The position numbers were made by a program, and so were the translations under genes. The notes beneath the pieces are model-generated. The model was not told the origin of the DNA and searched no databases. It saw only the letters and a program-made list of their open reading frames with translations. From the IMG/VR virus record IMGVR_UViG_3300020036_004254: 64,000 nt of DNA. One strand, written 5' to 3'. This DNA comes from a virus (Duplodnaviria > Caudoviricetes). Shown here piece after piece: positions 18,011-29,282 of the stretch. Each line of letters begins with the position of its first letter. Position 1 is the stretch's first letter.

Positions 18011-18591
18011 GTACACAAGTAGTAGACCTAACAATGACTAGACAACAAGGCGAAACCCGGAGATACCCGTATGGCGGCTAAGGCCGGGAAGTAGTCTGGG
18101 CGAGAGTCTTAAATGTGCAGACCAAATAAATGCTGGCCACTTTCAGCGTACATACTAGTTGACTGACGGTGGTGACTCATCTAAATTGCTATGTTACGTG
18201 AGATTCGTAACGAGGGATTGTTGTCACTTGTGTACTGCTATACCCCTTGAACCGTAACTGGGGAGAGGGCGACCAATGGCCCGAGTGGAACCAGCCTACG
18301 CAACATGCTTCAAGGCGCGTAGCAAGCTGACCACATTAAAATCTCGCCAAAGGCTGAAGCTGTGCCGGGTCCGTAATGAAAAAGGTGGAAAGGACCGATG
18401 CACAAGATGATACGAACGGTAACCTCGCCCACACCTCCGAATTCCATCGGGAATCATCTAGAAACGGAAACCATTGCTCCAATCAGCCGTCCAAAACGAA
18501 AAATCCGGCAGTTTGCGGACTGTCGGACTAGGCAGGGATACCCAGTACATTCCGCGTGGACTGGTGTGTAGGTTCGAATCCTACGGGAGCA
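18011..18591 (+). ncRNA. large ornate ncRNA candidate ending in a tRNA-like domain
   Basis: no ORF; >10 helices including long-range ones; 3' T-arm GTAGG-TTCGAAT-CCTAC with TGCTCC/GGAGCA stem. Confidence 0.7.
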
Positions 18592-18594
18592 GTT

Positions 18595-18684
18595 GAGGTG
18601 TTGGGACACGCGAATATTCTAGTATTGCCTAGACCCCTCGACCACATTTGTGGCGGAATTATCCCCGAGTCCCACACCCACCTC
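18595..18684 (+). ncRNA. putative small structured RNA
   Basis: GAGGTG/CACCTC and TGGGAC/GTCCCA nested closure with internal hairpins. Confidence 0.45.
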
Positions 18685-19193
18685 TTTACATTTCACACCG
18701 GAGCAAACATGTTTGGCTTTCGGATTTTTGCCATTTCAGTTCTGGTGTTTTCGTTGGTGTCCCACCTGAGCAAGCGTTGAAATGATTGCTGGATGCTACG
18801 TAGTCCATGTATATTGCGATTCTGAGCTTCACGATTCATCCTCGTTTTGTTCTTTTAAACAGCTACATGAGTTTACCGGGGAAACTTACCGTGAGGCGTG
18901 GAAAAAGGCAAGAGAGTACGGCTGGTCAACCAAAAAGGTTGATGGTAAAACAATTCAGTTGTGTAAACAATGTCTAGAGGGAGGATTGTACTAATGCGTC
19001 TAAATGAGACAAATCCTGTTCGTGTTGAGAGTGCTATCGCCAAAAGTGGAATTAGCGATATGCGCGAGGTGGCTGAAATCGCCGCTGATTTCTTGAACGA
19101 CACCTATTGGAATGACCCAAAGTGCGCTGGCCGTCGAATCCGGGCGTGTGGTGGAGATTCTGCACGGTTTTTTGATTCACTGCCTGAGGTGGA

Positions 19194-19481
19194 GTGGTGA
19201 CTTCTATTATTCGAGCGTTCAAACGAAAACGTCCACCCGGATTGCGTACAGAGTATAACATAACCCTTTCGTGTGGACATTGGTTCCCGTTTGTTCATTT
19301 TGAAACTGACCCAACAGGACAAGAGTATCACTGTAAGGATTGTGAACGCTATGCGGGGTTGGTTTGTAGAGAATGTGGAAAACCTGCATGGAAAGAGTGT
19401 AATATTTTTTCCACGTTTGGTTTTCTCTGTGGAGAACTTTTGTGTATAGATTGTAAAGGGACACACCCTCATCGCCCTTGA
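19194..19481 (+). CDS. hypothetical Zn-finger protein
   Basis: L.CGH and multiple CxxC. Confidence 0.55.
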   Translation: MVTSIIRAFKRKRPPGLRTEYNITLSCGHWFPFVHFETDPTGQEYHCKDCERYAGLVCRECGKPAWKECNIFSTFGFLCGELLCIDCKGTHPHRP

Positions 19482-19535
19482 CAAACCCCCATACCACACT
19501 TATCATTCGGTATACCCCACACCCAACGAGGTTTC

Positions 19536-20447
19536 GTGACGGATTCGACCATTGTGACTACCCCGGTGTACCAGAATTCCAACCCCATCATCACCAGCCC
19601 ATTCCTTCCCCGGAAGCTCGGACGCCCCACCAAAGAAATGGTGGCGGCACGGAAGGCGGCAGAACAGGCACGTGTTAACAAGCCCAAGAAGCCTGACGCA
19701 GAAATCATTGCCGATATTGCCGACGGGTTTTGTGAGCTTGAGCATATGACAGAAGACTTGGCTCTTGGCAAGGTTCGTGCCGTCATCGTCACGAGTCTTC
19801 CGGGTATGGGAAAGACCTACACCATCAACCGTAAACTGGAACAGATGAATCGTCGGTTCATTTCCAGTACGGGTGGCGTCAGTGCTTCTGAACTGTACAA
19901 ACTTTCGTACAAGTACAAGCACCGGGGCGAGACGCTGGTGTTTGACGACTGCGACAACATCTTCCGCGACGAAGATAGTTTGAATATCCTCAAAGGAATG
20001 TGTGACACTACGCGCAAGCGTGTGGTGAGTTGGCGCAAGGATAATCGTTCCATGGCCGACGACAACATTGAGAAGTCCCATACGTATGAGGGTGGCGTGA
20101 TTTTTTCAACCAACATGGATTTTCAGGCATTTGTGGACGAGGGTAAAAATAAGTATTCGTCGCATATGGCCGCTCTGATTAGCCGTGCGTACTATCTTGA
20201 CCTGCACTTGCACGACACCCATTCCCTGTCCCTGTGGATTAACCACGTGGCAGTCGAGGGGAAGATGTTTGAACAGGAAGATATCAAGCCTGCGCTGGGT
20301 CGGGAGATTCTGGGATTCCTCCACGCAAACAAGGACACCCTTCGGGAGTACAGTCTTCGTACTGTCAAGAAGGTCTGTGACCTGACCAAGTCTCGGCACG
20401 GGAACTGGGAGCGTCGAGCCAAGAAGTACCTCTGTCGCGCAGTGTAG
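19536..20447 (+). CDS. AAA+/P-loop ATPase (T4-like conserved)
   Basis: PGMGKT Walker A, LVFDDCD Walker B, IF.TN sensor, AL.SR Arg finger. Confidence 0.85.
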   Translation: MTDSTIVTTPVYQNSNPIITSPFLPRKLGRPTKEMVAARKAAEQARVNKPKKPDAEIIADIADGFCELEHMTEDLALGKVRAVIVTSLPGMGKTYTINRKLEQMNRRFISSTGGVSASELYKLSYKYKHRGETLVFDDCDNIFRDEDSLNILKGMCDTTRKRVVSWRKDNRSMADDNIEKSHTYEGGVIFSTNMDFQAFVDEGKNKYSSHMAALISRAYYLDLHLHDTHSLSLWINHVAVEGKMFEQEDIKPALGREILGFLHANKDTLREYSLRTVKKVCDLTKSRHGNWERRAKKYLCRAV

Positions 20448-20573
20448 TTTGTCAAGGGGTGTCTGCGAAAAAGCGGGTCGTATAGGCTTACGAGTGCAGT
20501 CAACCGCCACCCCTTGACAGACGCCCCACGACCTACTACCTTACATTCATAACATTTTCCCGAGGAGAACACC

Positions 20574-20954
20574 ATGTCGAACGTTTCGTTCACCAACGAC
20601 CAGATTCGAGAGATTCACCGTCGTATTAATGACGCCCATACTAAGTCAGCCCTTTCTTCTGAGTACACCCGTCAGTTTGGTTTGGGGGTGGACGCAGTGC
20701 GCGAAAACGCCTTGGACAAGTTTCCACTGGCCAAGGTGAAGGTTCACCGGACCTTCACCGTTGGTAATGACGTTTACCGCGTCAATGGGTCTACGGTGGA
20801 ATACCTGTCTCCACTTTTTGATAAGTGGTTGGTGTCTAGTCACGGCCATTCATTTACAAACTTTGCCGGAGATTTGATTTTTCGGAAAAAGTGGGATGAG
20901 CTTGCTATTTTCGCGGACATCTGCAAGAACCCAACAGAGGAGAAAGAGGCATGA
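20574..20954 (+). CDS. hypothetical protein, family A paralog
   Basis: YRVNG..VE and W..LA....C.NPT motifs shared with 20951, 35959, 36478. Confidence 0.75.
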   Translation: MSNVSFTNDQIREIHRRINDAHTKSALSSEYTRQFGLGVDAVRENALDKFPLAKVKVHRTFTVGNDVYRVNGSTVEYLSPLFDKWLVSSHGHSFTNFAGDLIFRKKWDELAIFADICKNPTEEKEA

Positions 20955-21319
20955 GCGAGGTCACGTTCACCACTGAACAGATTAAAGAGATTCGTCGGCG
21001 GATTGAGATTCATCGGCCCGAGAAAACAGGTGGCATCGTTGGTCCCGCTGTTGATAAAAACATCACAGCTATTCTCACGGAGTTTCCTCTTCCCAAGGTC
21101 ACAAAGTTCCGCACATTTTACTTTATGGGATTTCCCTACCGTGTGAATGGTGACAAAGTGGAAATATCCGTGAGCAAGGACCATTGGGAGTGCTCAATTT
21201 ATGGCCGAACTGTGGATTTGTTTGCGGCAGAATTGGTCAGTGAAAGGCGGTGGGGAACCCTTGCCGCGTTCGCAGAGATTTGCAGGAACCCCACCGTGGA
21301 AGTGGAAGTGGACCCTTGA
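20951..21319 (+). CDS. hypothetical protein, family A paralog
   Basis: tandem paralog of 20574..20954. Confidence 0.75.
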   Translation: MSEVTFTTEQIKEIRRRIEIHRPEKTGGIVGPAVDKNITAILTEFPLPKVTKFRTFYFMGFPYRVNGDKVEISVSKDHWECSIYGRTVDLFAAELVSERRWGTLAAFAEICRNPTVEVEVDP

Positions 21320-21368
21320 CAAAGTAGGGTGGGTCAAGTACTATTCATCATAATCTTTTGGAGGACTC

Positions 21369-21632
21369 ATGACCAAGCCTTACCTGAAGCTGATTGGAGA
21401 GGACGGAAACGCTTTTGCGATTCTTGGCCGCGCCCGTCGTGCCGCCAAGAATGCGGGGTGGACCAAGGAGCAGATTGACGAGTGGCACACCAAGGCCACC
21501 AGTGGTGATTTCAACACCCTCCTTCGAACGACCATGGCCTACTTCAACTGCGACGGTGACGATGGAGAAGACACCGTTGGGATTGAATGCGATGTGTGTG
21601 GTGAAGAGGGATGCGATGGGTGTGATGAGTAG
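21369..21632 (+). CDS. hypothetical protein
   Basis: L.GEDGNAFAILG...SGD phage motif; acidic Cys-rich tail. Confidence 0.7.
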   Translation: MTKPYLKLIGEDGNAFAILGRARRAAKNAGWTKEQIDEWHTKATSGDFNTLLRTTMAYFNCDGDDGEDTVGIECDVCGEEGCDGCDE

Positions 21633-21843
21633 CCAGCGTGTAGGAACGTGTTCCCTTTGCGGTGGGAGCGTCATGGGAATTCGAGGGGCGTGGTTTAGTG
21701 TCTCCCCGCCCCCACCTGACCGTTGTTCTCAGTGCAATGCAGTTGCTCTCACCGATGTTATCAAGATGTATCCCGCCCCTACGCCGCTAAAACAGGGAAA
21801 CCCTGACTGGCCGTGGAAGCCCCAGTAAGCTATACTACACCCC

Positions 21844-22395
21844 ATGGAGAATATCATGATTCGACCCTACTTTGAAGCATTTCCCAGCATCAGCCGTCTG
21901 TCTCGTGAGTGCATCGTCACCGAGAAGCTGGACGGCACCAATGCACAGGTCGTGGTGACCGAGGATGGGAATGTCTTTGCGGGAAGTCGAACACGCTGGA
22001 TTACTCCTGAGGAAGACAATTACGGCTTTGCCCGTTGGGTCAAGGAGCATGAGGAAGAGCTTCGCGTTGGTCTTGGATTTGGCCAGCACTTTGGTGAGTG
22101 GTGGGGGTCTGGCATCCAGCGCACCTACGGACTCAAGGAGAAGCGATTCTCTCTGTTCAATGTGAGTCGTTGGACTGACGATGTGCGCCCCGAGTGTTGC
22201 GGCGTGGTTCCCACGCTGTACACGGGTATCTTTGACACGTTGCAGATTGACAACCAGCTTTACATGCTTCGTGACGAGGGTTCCAAGGCCGCACCGGGAT
22301 TCATGAAGCCTGAGGGAATCGTTATCTATCACGTGCCCAGCCGTCAACTGTTCAAGAAGACGCTGGACAAGAACGATGCACACAAGGGAGCCTAA
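21844..22395 (+). CDS. RNA ligase (Rnl2-type adenylyltransferase domain)
   Basis: EKLDGTN, GSR, FGEW.G.GIQ, F.LF, EGIV, K. Confidence 0.85.
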   Translation: MENIMIRPYFEAFPSISRLSRECIVTEKLDGTNAQVVVTEDGNVFAGSRTRWITPEEDNYGFARWVKEHEEELRVGLGFGQHFGEWWGSGIQRTYGLKEKRFSLFNVSRWTDDVRPECCGVVPTLYTGIFDTLQIDNQLYMLRDEGSKAAPGFMKPEGIVIYHVPSRQLFKKTLDKNDAHKGA

Positions 22396-22396
22396 C

Positions 22397-22738
22397 ATGC
22401 ACTATTTTGAAGGATTCGTCTCTCTCGGGGAGCTTATCACTGAACTGAAAAAGCTTCCCCGTGAGCAGAAGTTGAATTTCTCTTTGTGCAACCCACATAG
22501 CTATCGTGGGTACTACGAGGAGCTTGCGTTTGAGCCGTGTGTAAGTGATAGAACCATTGGTGAACTCTTGGACGATGCCGTTTACGCAAACGGAACTACC
22601 TTCCGTGGGTGGAAGGGTGGGAATTTTCTCATGACGGAAGATACCACGGTGTGGATTTCTTTCAACGGTTCTAATGGACAGCCCTTGACAGACCTTGCTC
22701 TACGGTTTATTCTTCAGAATCCCAACACAGGAGCCTAA
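22397..22738 (+). CDS. hypothetical protein
   Basis: HSYRGYY.ELA and G.KGG.F phage motif. Confidence 0.7.
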   Translation: MHYFEGFVSLGELITELKKLPREQKLNFSLCNPHSYRGYYEELAFEPCVSDRTIGELLDDAVYANGTTFRGWKGGNFLMTEDTTVWISFNGSNGQPLTDLALRFILQNPNTGA

Positions 22739-22908
22739 CGTGAAGTGGACCTACACCGCCGACTGTCAACCCCCTGAGAACGTGCTGTTGGAGGTTCTTC
22801 AGTCCGACCTCAAAACTCAGAGCAAACTGATTCGAGACGGACGCCTGTACTGGCTCCCCGACCGTTCCATGTACGTCTACTACACCCCAACCATGTGGAG
22901 AATCCCCA

Positions 22909-23178
22909 ATGCGTAAGTTTCTGTTTCTTGTTCCGCTGATGTTTCTGCTCACCGCCTGTAAGTCGGAAGTCACGCTCCCCAATGAGACGGTCCCGGTGTC
23001 TTGCGTGGGACTGAACACGGCAGAGAGCGAGCGAGATTCCACGCTGGTCTACAAGGTGTCGGCCCGGAACGTGATTGTCGGGGTCATTTTCTTTGAAGTG
23101 ATTGCCCCGCCTATCATTGTTGCGCTGGACGAACTCTGGTGTCCGGTGCGGCGAAAGACCCCCTTGGTCGCCCGATGA
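22909..23178 (+). CDS. putative lipoprotein/membrane protein
   Basis: signal peptide with LTAC lipobox; second hydrophobic segment. Confidence 0.65.
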   Translation: MRKFLFLVPLMFLLTACKSEVTLPNETVPVSCVGLNTAESERDSTLVYKVSARNVIVGVIFFEVIAPPIIVALDELWCPVRRKTPLVAR

Positions 23179-23692
23179 CACCTGAACAGAAAGAAGTCGT
23201 CATAAAAGCCCTTCGAGCGGGTGCTAAAGAAATTGGTTTTGCTGTCAACACGTGGTCCAGTAACATAGAAAGGGTACAGGACCAAGGAGAATGGGGCAAA
23301 GGACTTGCCAAAGCTATTCAGCGAGACATCGAACGGGTAGAAGCGGTACAAGACCAATTGATTGACGCTATTGTAACACTCACTGAACAGGAGACACCTA
23401 ATGCTTGATGACTTTTTCGATTTTCTTCTTCGTGGGTTTATGTTTGCGGTGTTTACGATTGTTATTGTGATTTTCTGTACACTCTCCTTTGACGAATATC
23501 AATCGTTCAAGTCTGAACCCGCTGTGACCGCATGTCGTATGAAACAGATGGATTCCCGACGGTTCACGTTCACCGATAGCGTGGTGTGCGTCCCGTTCCC
23601 CACTCGTCAGGATACCATCACAGTCCGATAGGACTTGACAAACCCACGGTGCTTATGTATTGTTAGGCACCTTACAACAGGAGATACCCCCC

Positions 23693-23902
23693 ATGCACTA
23701 CGTGATTAAAGACAAGGGAAAAACTCAGTATTTCGCAGAGAGAGGTTCGTCGTTACTCAAACACATTTGGTCTACTGAGGTGCGCGAGGCCATCAAGTTT
23801 GAAACGGTGAGTGACGCCGCGTGTATGTGCGGTAAACTGACTTTCGATTGTGTGGAGATTGTCAAGGTGGAATATAGCAAACCCACCCTGACGGTGATGT
23901 AG
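23693..23902 (+). CDS. hypothetical protein, family B
   Basis: YVI...W...A..F.T pattern shared with 26726, 30273, 31174, 32914. Confidence 0.65.
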   Translation: MHYVIKDKGKTQYFAERGSSLLKHIWSTEVREAIKFETVSDAACMCGKLTFDCVEIVKVEYSKPTLTVM

Positions 23903-24692
23903 GAAACGTTCAGGGATTCCCTGACTGACATGGGGTGGTGAGAGGTTTATCATTACCCCATACCCCAAACGGAGAACACAGTGGACAACAAGTACGAGTA
24001 TCTGGACGATGATTTCGACGCCCCGACCAAGGTGGGCATCCGGAAGATGCGTCCGCAGGGAAGCCTGACCAACCTCCATGTCTTTGGCACCAACGCCAAG
24101 GCCGGGGCCACCAAGCGGTTCAATGCGCTGGCTCGCAAGCTCAAGTACGACTATACCCCCGGAGAGTAACCGTGAAACTGGAATATCGAAACGAGTGGGA
24201 GTCCGACATCTATTCCGTGGGTGGAAAAAGGGTCAAGACTCTGGACGAGGTGTCCATTAACGGAATTCTTTTTACGGTGAAGGGACGAAGGGTTTGTGTT
24301 CCGTGCTATGATATGGGGCATGTATATGATGTATGTTCAATGCACTTCTTCATTACCGTACCGATTTCTGGTATTGACATGGTTTCTGAACTGGAACTGA
24401 AGAAGGTTATTGCGACAACCCCTCTTCTGGAAATCATTCCCACCAAGTACACCACACAAGACTAACAATGATGACCACCTACGAGTCTCTTTCGCGGAGA
24501 GAAAAGGATGCCGTCGAACTGGCTCTGGACACCCTCACGCTTGAGGCAGGGCGTCTGGGAATTTGTTTGAACAAAACTGACCACGCCTGTCGAGCGGCTG
24601 AAGCTCTGGCTGTCTACATCGTTAAATCAAGGACTTGACAAACCCCGAGGTGTGGGTTATGATTAATCCATACCCCACACCGGAGAACACCC

Positions 24693-25013
24693 ATGGGTTC
24701 CTATCTCTATAAGGTTGCATCCAAGCCGTTCATGTCGTTTGAGGGCCGTCCGGTCTTCAAGTCTACCTACGCCTACAAGCCGTACAGGTCAGCTTGGGAC
24801 GCCGAGAAAATCAACAAGCGGCTGGACTTCCAGACCGGGGTGATTTCCACCCTCCGTTGGTGGGCCAAGAAATCCGATGAGGAACGCCGTAATGTTCTCG
24901 TTGAGCATCACGGGCGCATTTTCGAACTCCCATACTGCTCCGGGGCAGTCATTGATGACATCGCCTTTGACCGCATACCCGTCCACACCATTCCAACTTT
25001 GGTGAATGCGTGA
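24693..25013 (+). CDS. hypothetical protein
   Basis: TTGACA promoter at 24635; GGAG RBS. Confidence 0.7.
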   Translation: MGSYLYKVASKPFMSFEGRPVFKSTYAYKPYRSAWDAEKINKRLDFQTGVISTLRWWAKKSDEERRNVLVEHHGRIFELPYCSGAVIDDIAFDRIPVHTIPTLVNA

Positions 25014-26725
25014 ACACGTAAGGGTTCTCCCGACTTGCGGACTTCACGAACACACAATACCTTTCTTTGACACCTACAACGAGGAACTAATGGACACCAA
25101 TATGGACTCAAAGCGTCTGGCGAATTATCCCAAGACGGTTCGGAAGCTGAAGCGTCTGCGAAAGCAGATTGTGGACCTGAATCGGTGCATCCGGAAGCTC
25201 AAGAGCGATAATGATTGGATGGAGAGACACAACGACATTCTTCATGATTGTCTGAAAGAAGACAATCGTTCCACTTCTGACACCCTGTTCAATATCCTAA
25301 TTCTGGGCATGTTCATTGGCGCATCCTTGATGCTGTTGGTGTCCAAGTGAATTTCGTCATTCCGTTTCTTGTGGGGGTTTTCCTCTATTTCGTTGTTGGG
25401 TTTTTGACCTTCCGTTTCTGGGTCTGGCGATGCCCCCCGATTGAAACTACATGGGGTGATACCCGTCTGGGTGGATGGGTAATAACTTACAACAATGAAT
25501 TTGTCTACCAAGACAAGTCTTGGGACTTTGAAGAGGTCGTTGTGTTGTGTTTGTATTTTGGTCCGTTTGTGGCCTTTTGTGGCCTCCTCATCTACCTCAC
25601 AAATTTTGTAGAAAACATTATCCCCATGACAAAGAAACTCTTTGTGTTGGGGGTTAAAATCACTCCAAAGGAAATCTAAATCAGGGTTTCCCTGATAGAC
25701 AACACCATTCCACCGTGGTATCTTTCGTCATGAACCTCAACGACCTTGTCTTCGTCAAGCCTACCACTGCACTGATTCGGTCCCGCCTTGTGGGACTGAA
25801 AGAAAATCGGTGGCGTGTTATCGCTGGCCCCAAGCGAGCCACCACGGACGACCCCAAGCGAGACATTAAGTCTGGGGAAATCATTTGGGATGTGGAAAGC
25901 ACAGGCCCAGCCGCCCATCTTCCGGGTGGGATGCACGATACCCGTTGGGTTGCTGAACGTAATCTCATTCCTCTCATGGAGAACCCCTGTGTCAACCTCT
26001 AAGCTCACCCGTGGTCAGAAAGACGCCATTCAGCGAGCTATCTATCTGCTCAAGGTGGCGGCTCACACCGACATTGTGAACGAGTCTGCTGAGGCGGATT
26101 ACGACGAGACGACCTGCGACGGCTCTTGCTTCAGGGACGATGCGCGAGACGCCGCCGACACCCTCGTGGATATGTTCGAAAAGGTGTTCAAGATTCAGCT
26201 TCCCTCGGATACCCCAAATAGTTTCGAGGTGATGTTCGATGTCTGAGGCACAAAATATACACCCAGAAATCAAACACGCGATTGTGGAGTTTTCCGAAAT
26301 CTACAAGCGACTCCTCGCGTTGGAGAATGACCCAGAGTACCGCAAGTTCGTGGACACCCCACGCAAAATCGTCTACATAGACGAAGACCACATGAGCATT
26401 GTCCTTGATGAAAATGAAAAAGTCTGATTACCTCAATGAACCCGTCACCATGGGTTTCTTCATGTGGAAAAAGACCGTGATGCGCGAGGGCGCACCCTTC
26501 AGTCTCATGGCTCTGACGTTCAACAAAACTCCCGTCACCAAAAACGTTCTGGCCACGGTACACCATGACGAATAAACCCTACATTTGTCCGATGTGTGGA
26601 AAAGAAATGGCCGTTGATGATTTCTGTTCCAAGAAGTGTCTGAAAGAATTCGTAGCCGAAGAAGCAAAGTGGGCCAAATCCCTGCACAACCTTAACCTCG
26701 CAGACCACCAACGATAGGAGATATC

Positions 26726-26992
26726 ATGACCAAGAGTAAGACGTTCTACGTCATCACCCGCCCCACAAATATGTATAGTTCTGGATTTCTGGCAAATGTG
26801 CAGGGTAGCGAAGGGTACTGGAAAGAAAGTATTGAATCGGCAAAACAGTTCAGCACCATCAAAGAGTTGGCTGGGTTTCTTGTCAACAAAACCAAAGAAG
26901 GTTGGCATGATTTTGGTGGAAATCCCATCGGCATTTCCCGCGTCGATGTGGAAGAGGTTACCACCGTGAAGAACATCGTCATCGCTCTCTAG
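26726..26992 (+). CDS. hypothetical protein, family B
   Basis: YVI...W..SI..AKQF.T. Confidence 0.65.
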   Translation: MTKSKTFYVITRPTNMYSSGFLANVQGSEGYWKESIESAKQFSTIKELAGFLVNKTKEGWHDFGGNPIGISRVDVEEVTTVKNIVIAL

Positions 26993-27057
26993 TTGCCCCT
27001 TGACAATCACGCCCCACCCAGCTAATCTTCACTTCACACCACTCACCGGAGCAACCC

Positions 27058-27270
27058 ATGTCGAACATGAGCTATTGCCGCTTTCAGAACACGCTTCCTG
27101 ACCTGAACGATTGCACCGAGTCAATCCAGAATCAGGATTCTCTCTCCCGCGAGGAAGCCGAAGCCGCTCGTGACATGGCCTCGGCCTGTGAAGAGTTCCT
27201 TGCCGCGTTCAAGGAGTACGGGCTGGTGGAGGACGAGGATGAGGACGAGGATGAGGACGACGACTCGTGA
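27058..27270 (+). CDS. small acidic hypothetical protein
   Basis: MSNMSYCRFQNT..DL.DC; poly-DE tail. Confidence 0.7.
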   Translation: MSNMSYCRFQNTLPDLNDCTESIQNQDSLSREEAEAARDMASACEEFLAAFKEYGLVEDEDEDEDEDDDS

Positions 27271-27727
27271 GCTTCACCTGTACACTCCCCCAAGCCAAAC
27301 GGTAAACCCTGCGGAAAAACCATCAATGGCATGACCGGACTGATGGAACTGAACAATCTCCGCAAACACATCAATCGGCACACCCATCTGGTGGTCAATA
27401 CCGACGCCCTCACCGCACGAGTAATGATGGAAGACGGGGAAGTTCCGCCGTACACCATTATTCCCTAACCCAAACACAGGACACCCCATGCACATTACCC
27501 GCCATACCCCAGCCTTCGTCCCCCCTCCGTCCACCAACACCATTGATGGAATCACCGACGACGAGTTGTCCGCACTCCTTGCGCTGATTGGCCGTACCAC
27601 GTGTGGTCCCCTGACTCGTCTGTACGATAGGATTAAAGACCACATGGACGCTCATCAGGTTGAGCATAAGTATATTGTTCCGGGTGGTGTTATTCCCATC
27701 AACCATCGTAAGTAGAGGACACCACAA

Positions 27728-27743
27728 TGTTTCACGTGGAACA
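27728..27743. promoter_or_regulatory. parS site
   Basis: TGTTTCACGTGGAACA, 1 mismatch to TGTTTCACGTGAAACA. Confidence 0.8.
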
Positions 27744-28051
27744 ATACACGCAACGGGCCAAAATCAACGGAAAAAATACGTTGCTCTTTCGTTCTGTTGT
27801 CTTCAGCAAAAAGACCCACATGTTCGTTGACGATACGTGTCTGTACGACACAACGGAAGAGGCCGAGCGAGAGGGAAAGATTCTGGTGAATCTGTACACC
27901 GAGCGAGCCAAGGCCGAGGCCGACGGTTTTCCTGTACAGAGTTCTTCGGAACTGGACAACGGACTGACCCCGGATTAATCAGGGAAACCCCGACTGACAA
28001 CGGGGTTGGTCCAGACTATCATTCGGTCATCACCTCCTGAGGAGAAACCCC

Positions 28052-28405
28052 GTGAAGGTCTTTCACCGTGATGTCTTCATGCCGGATTGCGTGTACGAGG
28101 CGGCGGCAGTGGTGCTGTGCCAGCTTGGTGGTCGCTACCGCCTCTCCACTCACGCCAAGAACCAGCGAGCCGTGCGCGAAGTGACCCTACCCCAGCCACT
28201 TCCGATTGCACAACTGGAAATCATCGAAGTCACCACCAATGGTGTTGGGGTCGAAAAGATGCTCCTGCGCTTCAAGGCGGTGACAGGAACGGATGATGTG
28301 GTCATGGGCTTGACAAACTCCGGTCTGGTCACTACTGTCTATCACAACAAGTCTGATGACCGCCACTTCACCCTGAACACTTCCAAATACGAGAGGACAA
28401 CGTGA
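28052..28405 (+). CDS. hypothetical protein
   Basis: H..V..P, S.HA and TV..N...D.H.TL...Y motifs. Confidence 0.7.
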   Translation: MKVFHRDVFMPDCVYEAAAVVLCQLGGRYRLSTHAKNQRAVREVTLPQPLPIAQLEIIEVTTNGVGVEKMLLRFKAVTGTDDVVMGLTNSGLVTTVYHNKSDDRHFTLNTSKYERTT

Positions 28406-29030
28406 AGAACGAAAAGTTTACCCTAGAGAAGTTCTACGACCTGCTCCCTATCGTAGCCGACCGGAAATGGACCATCTTTAGCGATGGCGGCATTCGTGAC
28501 GAAAACCAACGGTGCCCGATTTGTTCTTTGGTCAATGCAATTGACGATGACATCCTGTATGTGGCTTTTGCTGAGGAAGCACTGGACGCTCTTGGGATGG
28601 ACTACTCCCACAAAGTGACGGACAACATCATGATGGCCGCTGATATCAATACTCGGAGCAAGATTCGCGCCAAGATGATTGCCATCCTCAAGCCCACGGT
28701 GGTTCTGTGAAGAACGAAAAGTTTACCCTAGAGAAGTTCTACGACCTGCTCCCCATCGTGGACGACCGGAAATGGACCATTAGAAAGAATGGCACCCTCC
28801 GTGACGAGTATAATCGGTGCCCGATTTGTTCTTTGGTCAATGCACTTGACCCGGACATTCTGCACGAGATTTTCGCCCGAGAAGCACTGGACAAACTTGG
28901 TGTAGATTTCAACGAAAACGTGATTAAAAGTGTCATGTCTGCCGCCGACTGGGAACTCAAGAGTCGGATTCGCTCCAAGATGATTGCCATCCTCAAGCCC
29001 TCCCATCTTCCTTCCACCTACCGTCTCTAA
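28402..29030 (+). repeat. tandem gene duplication (28402..28710 and 28707..29030)
   Basis: near-identical 5' DNA and proteins (MKNEKFTLEKFYDLLPIV...RCPICSLVNA...KMIAILKP). Confidence 0.9.
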
Positions 29031-29282
29031 ACTATGTTCATTGTCATTGAAATGGCCGACGTAGAACTCCTGTCCGTCCGGGCGTTCCACCAGCGAGCCG
29101 ACGCCAATGCCTGCTTTGAATCCTGTGCAGAGGAGAACGGTGTGAGCGAATGCCTCGACCTTGACCTCGAAATCGCCACCACGCTCAGGCTCGCCGGGGA
29201 CCACGTGTATTCTGTGCAGTTGATTTCCCGTGAGGTTCAGGGAAACCCCGACTGACAACCCCAGCCCCATCGACTAACGTTA

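Noticed and set aside
18011-18591. RNase P RNA
   Set aside because: The universal GAGGAAAGUCC and 3' P4 signature sequences were not found.
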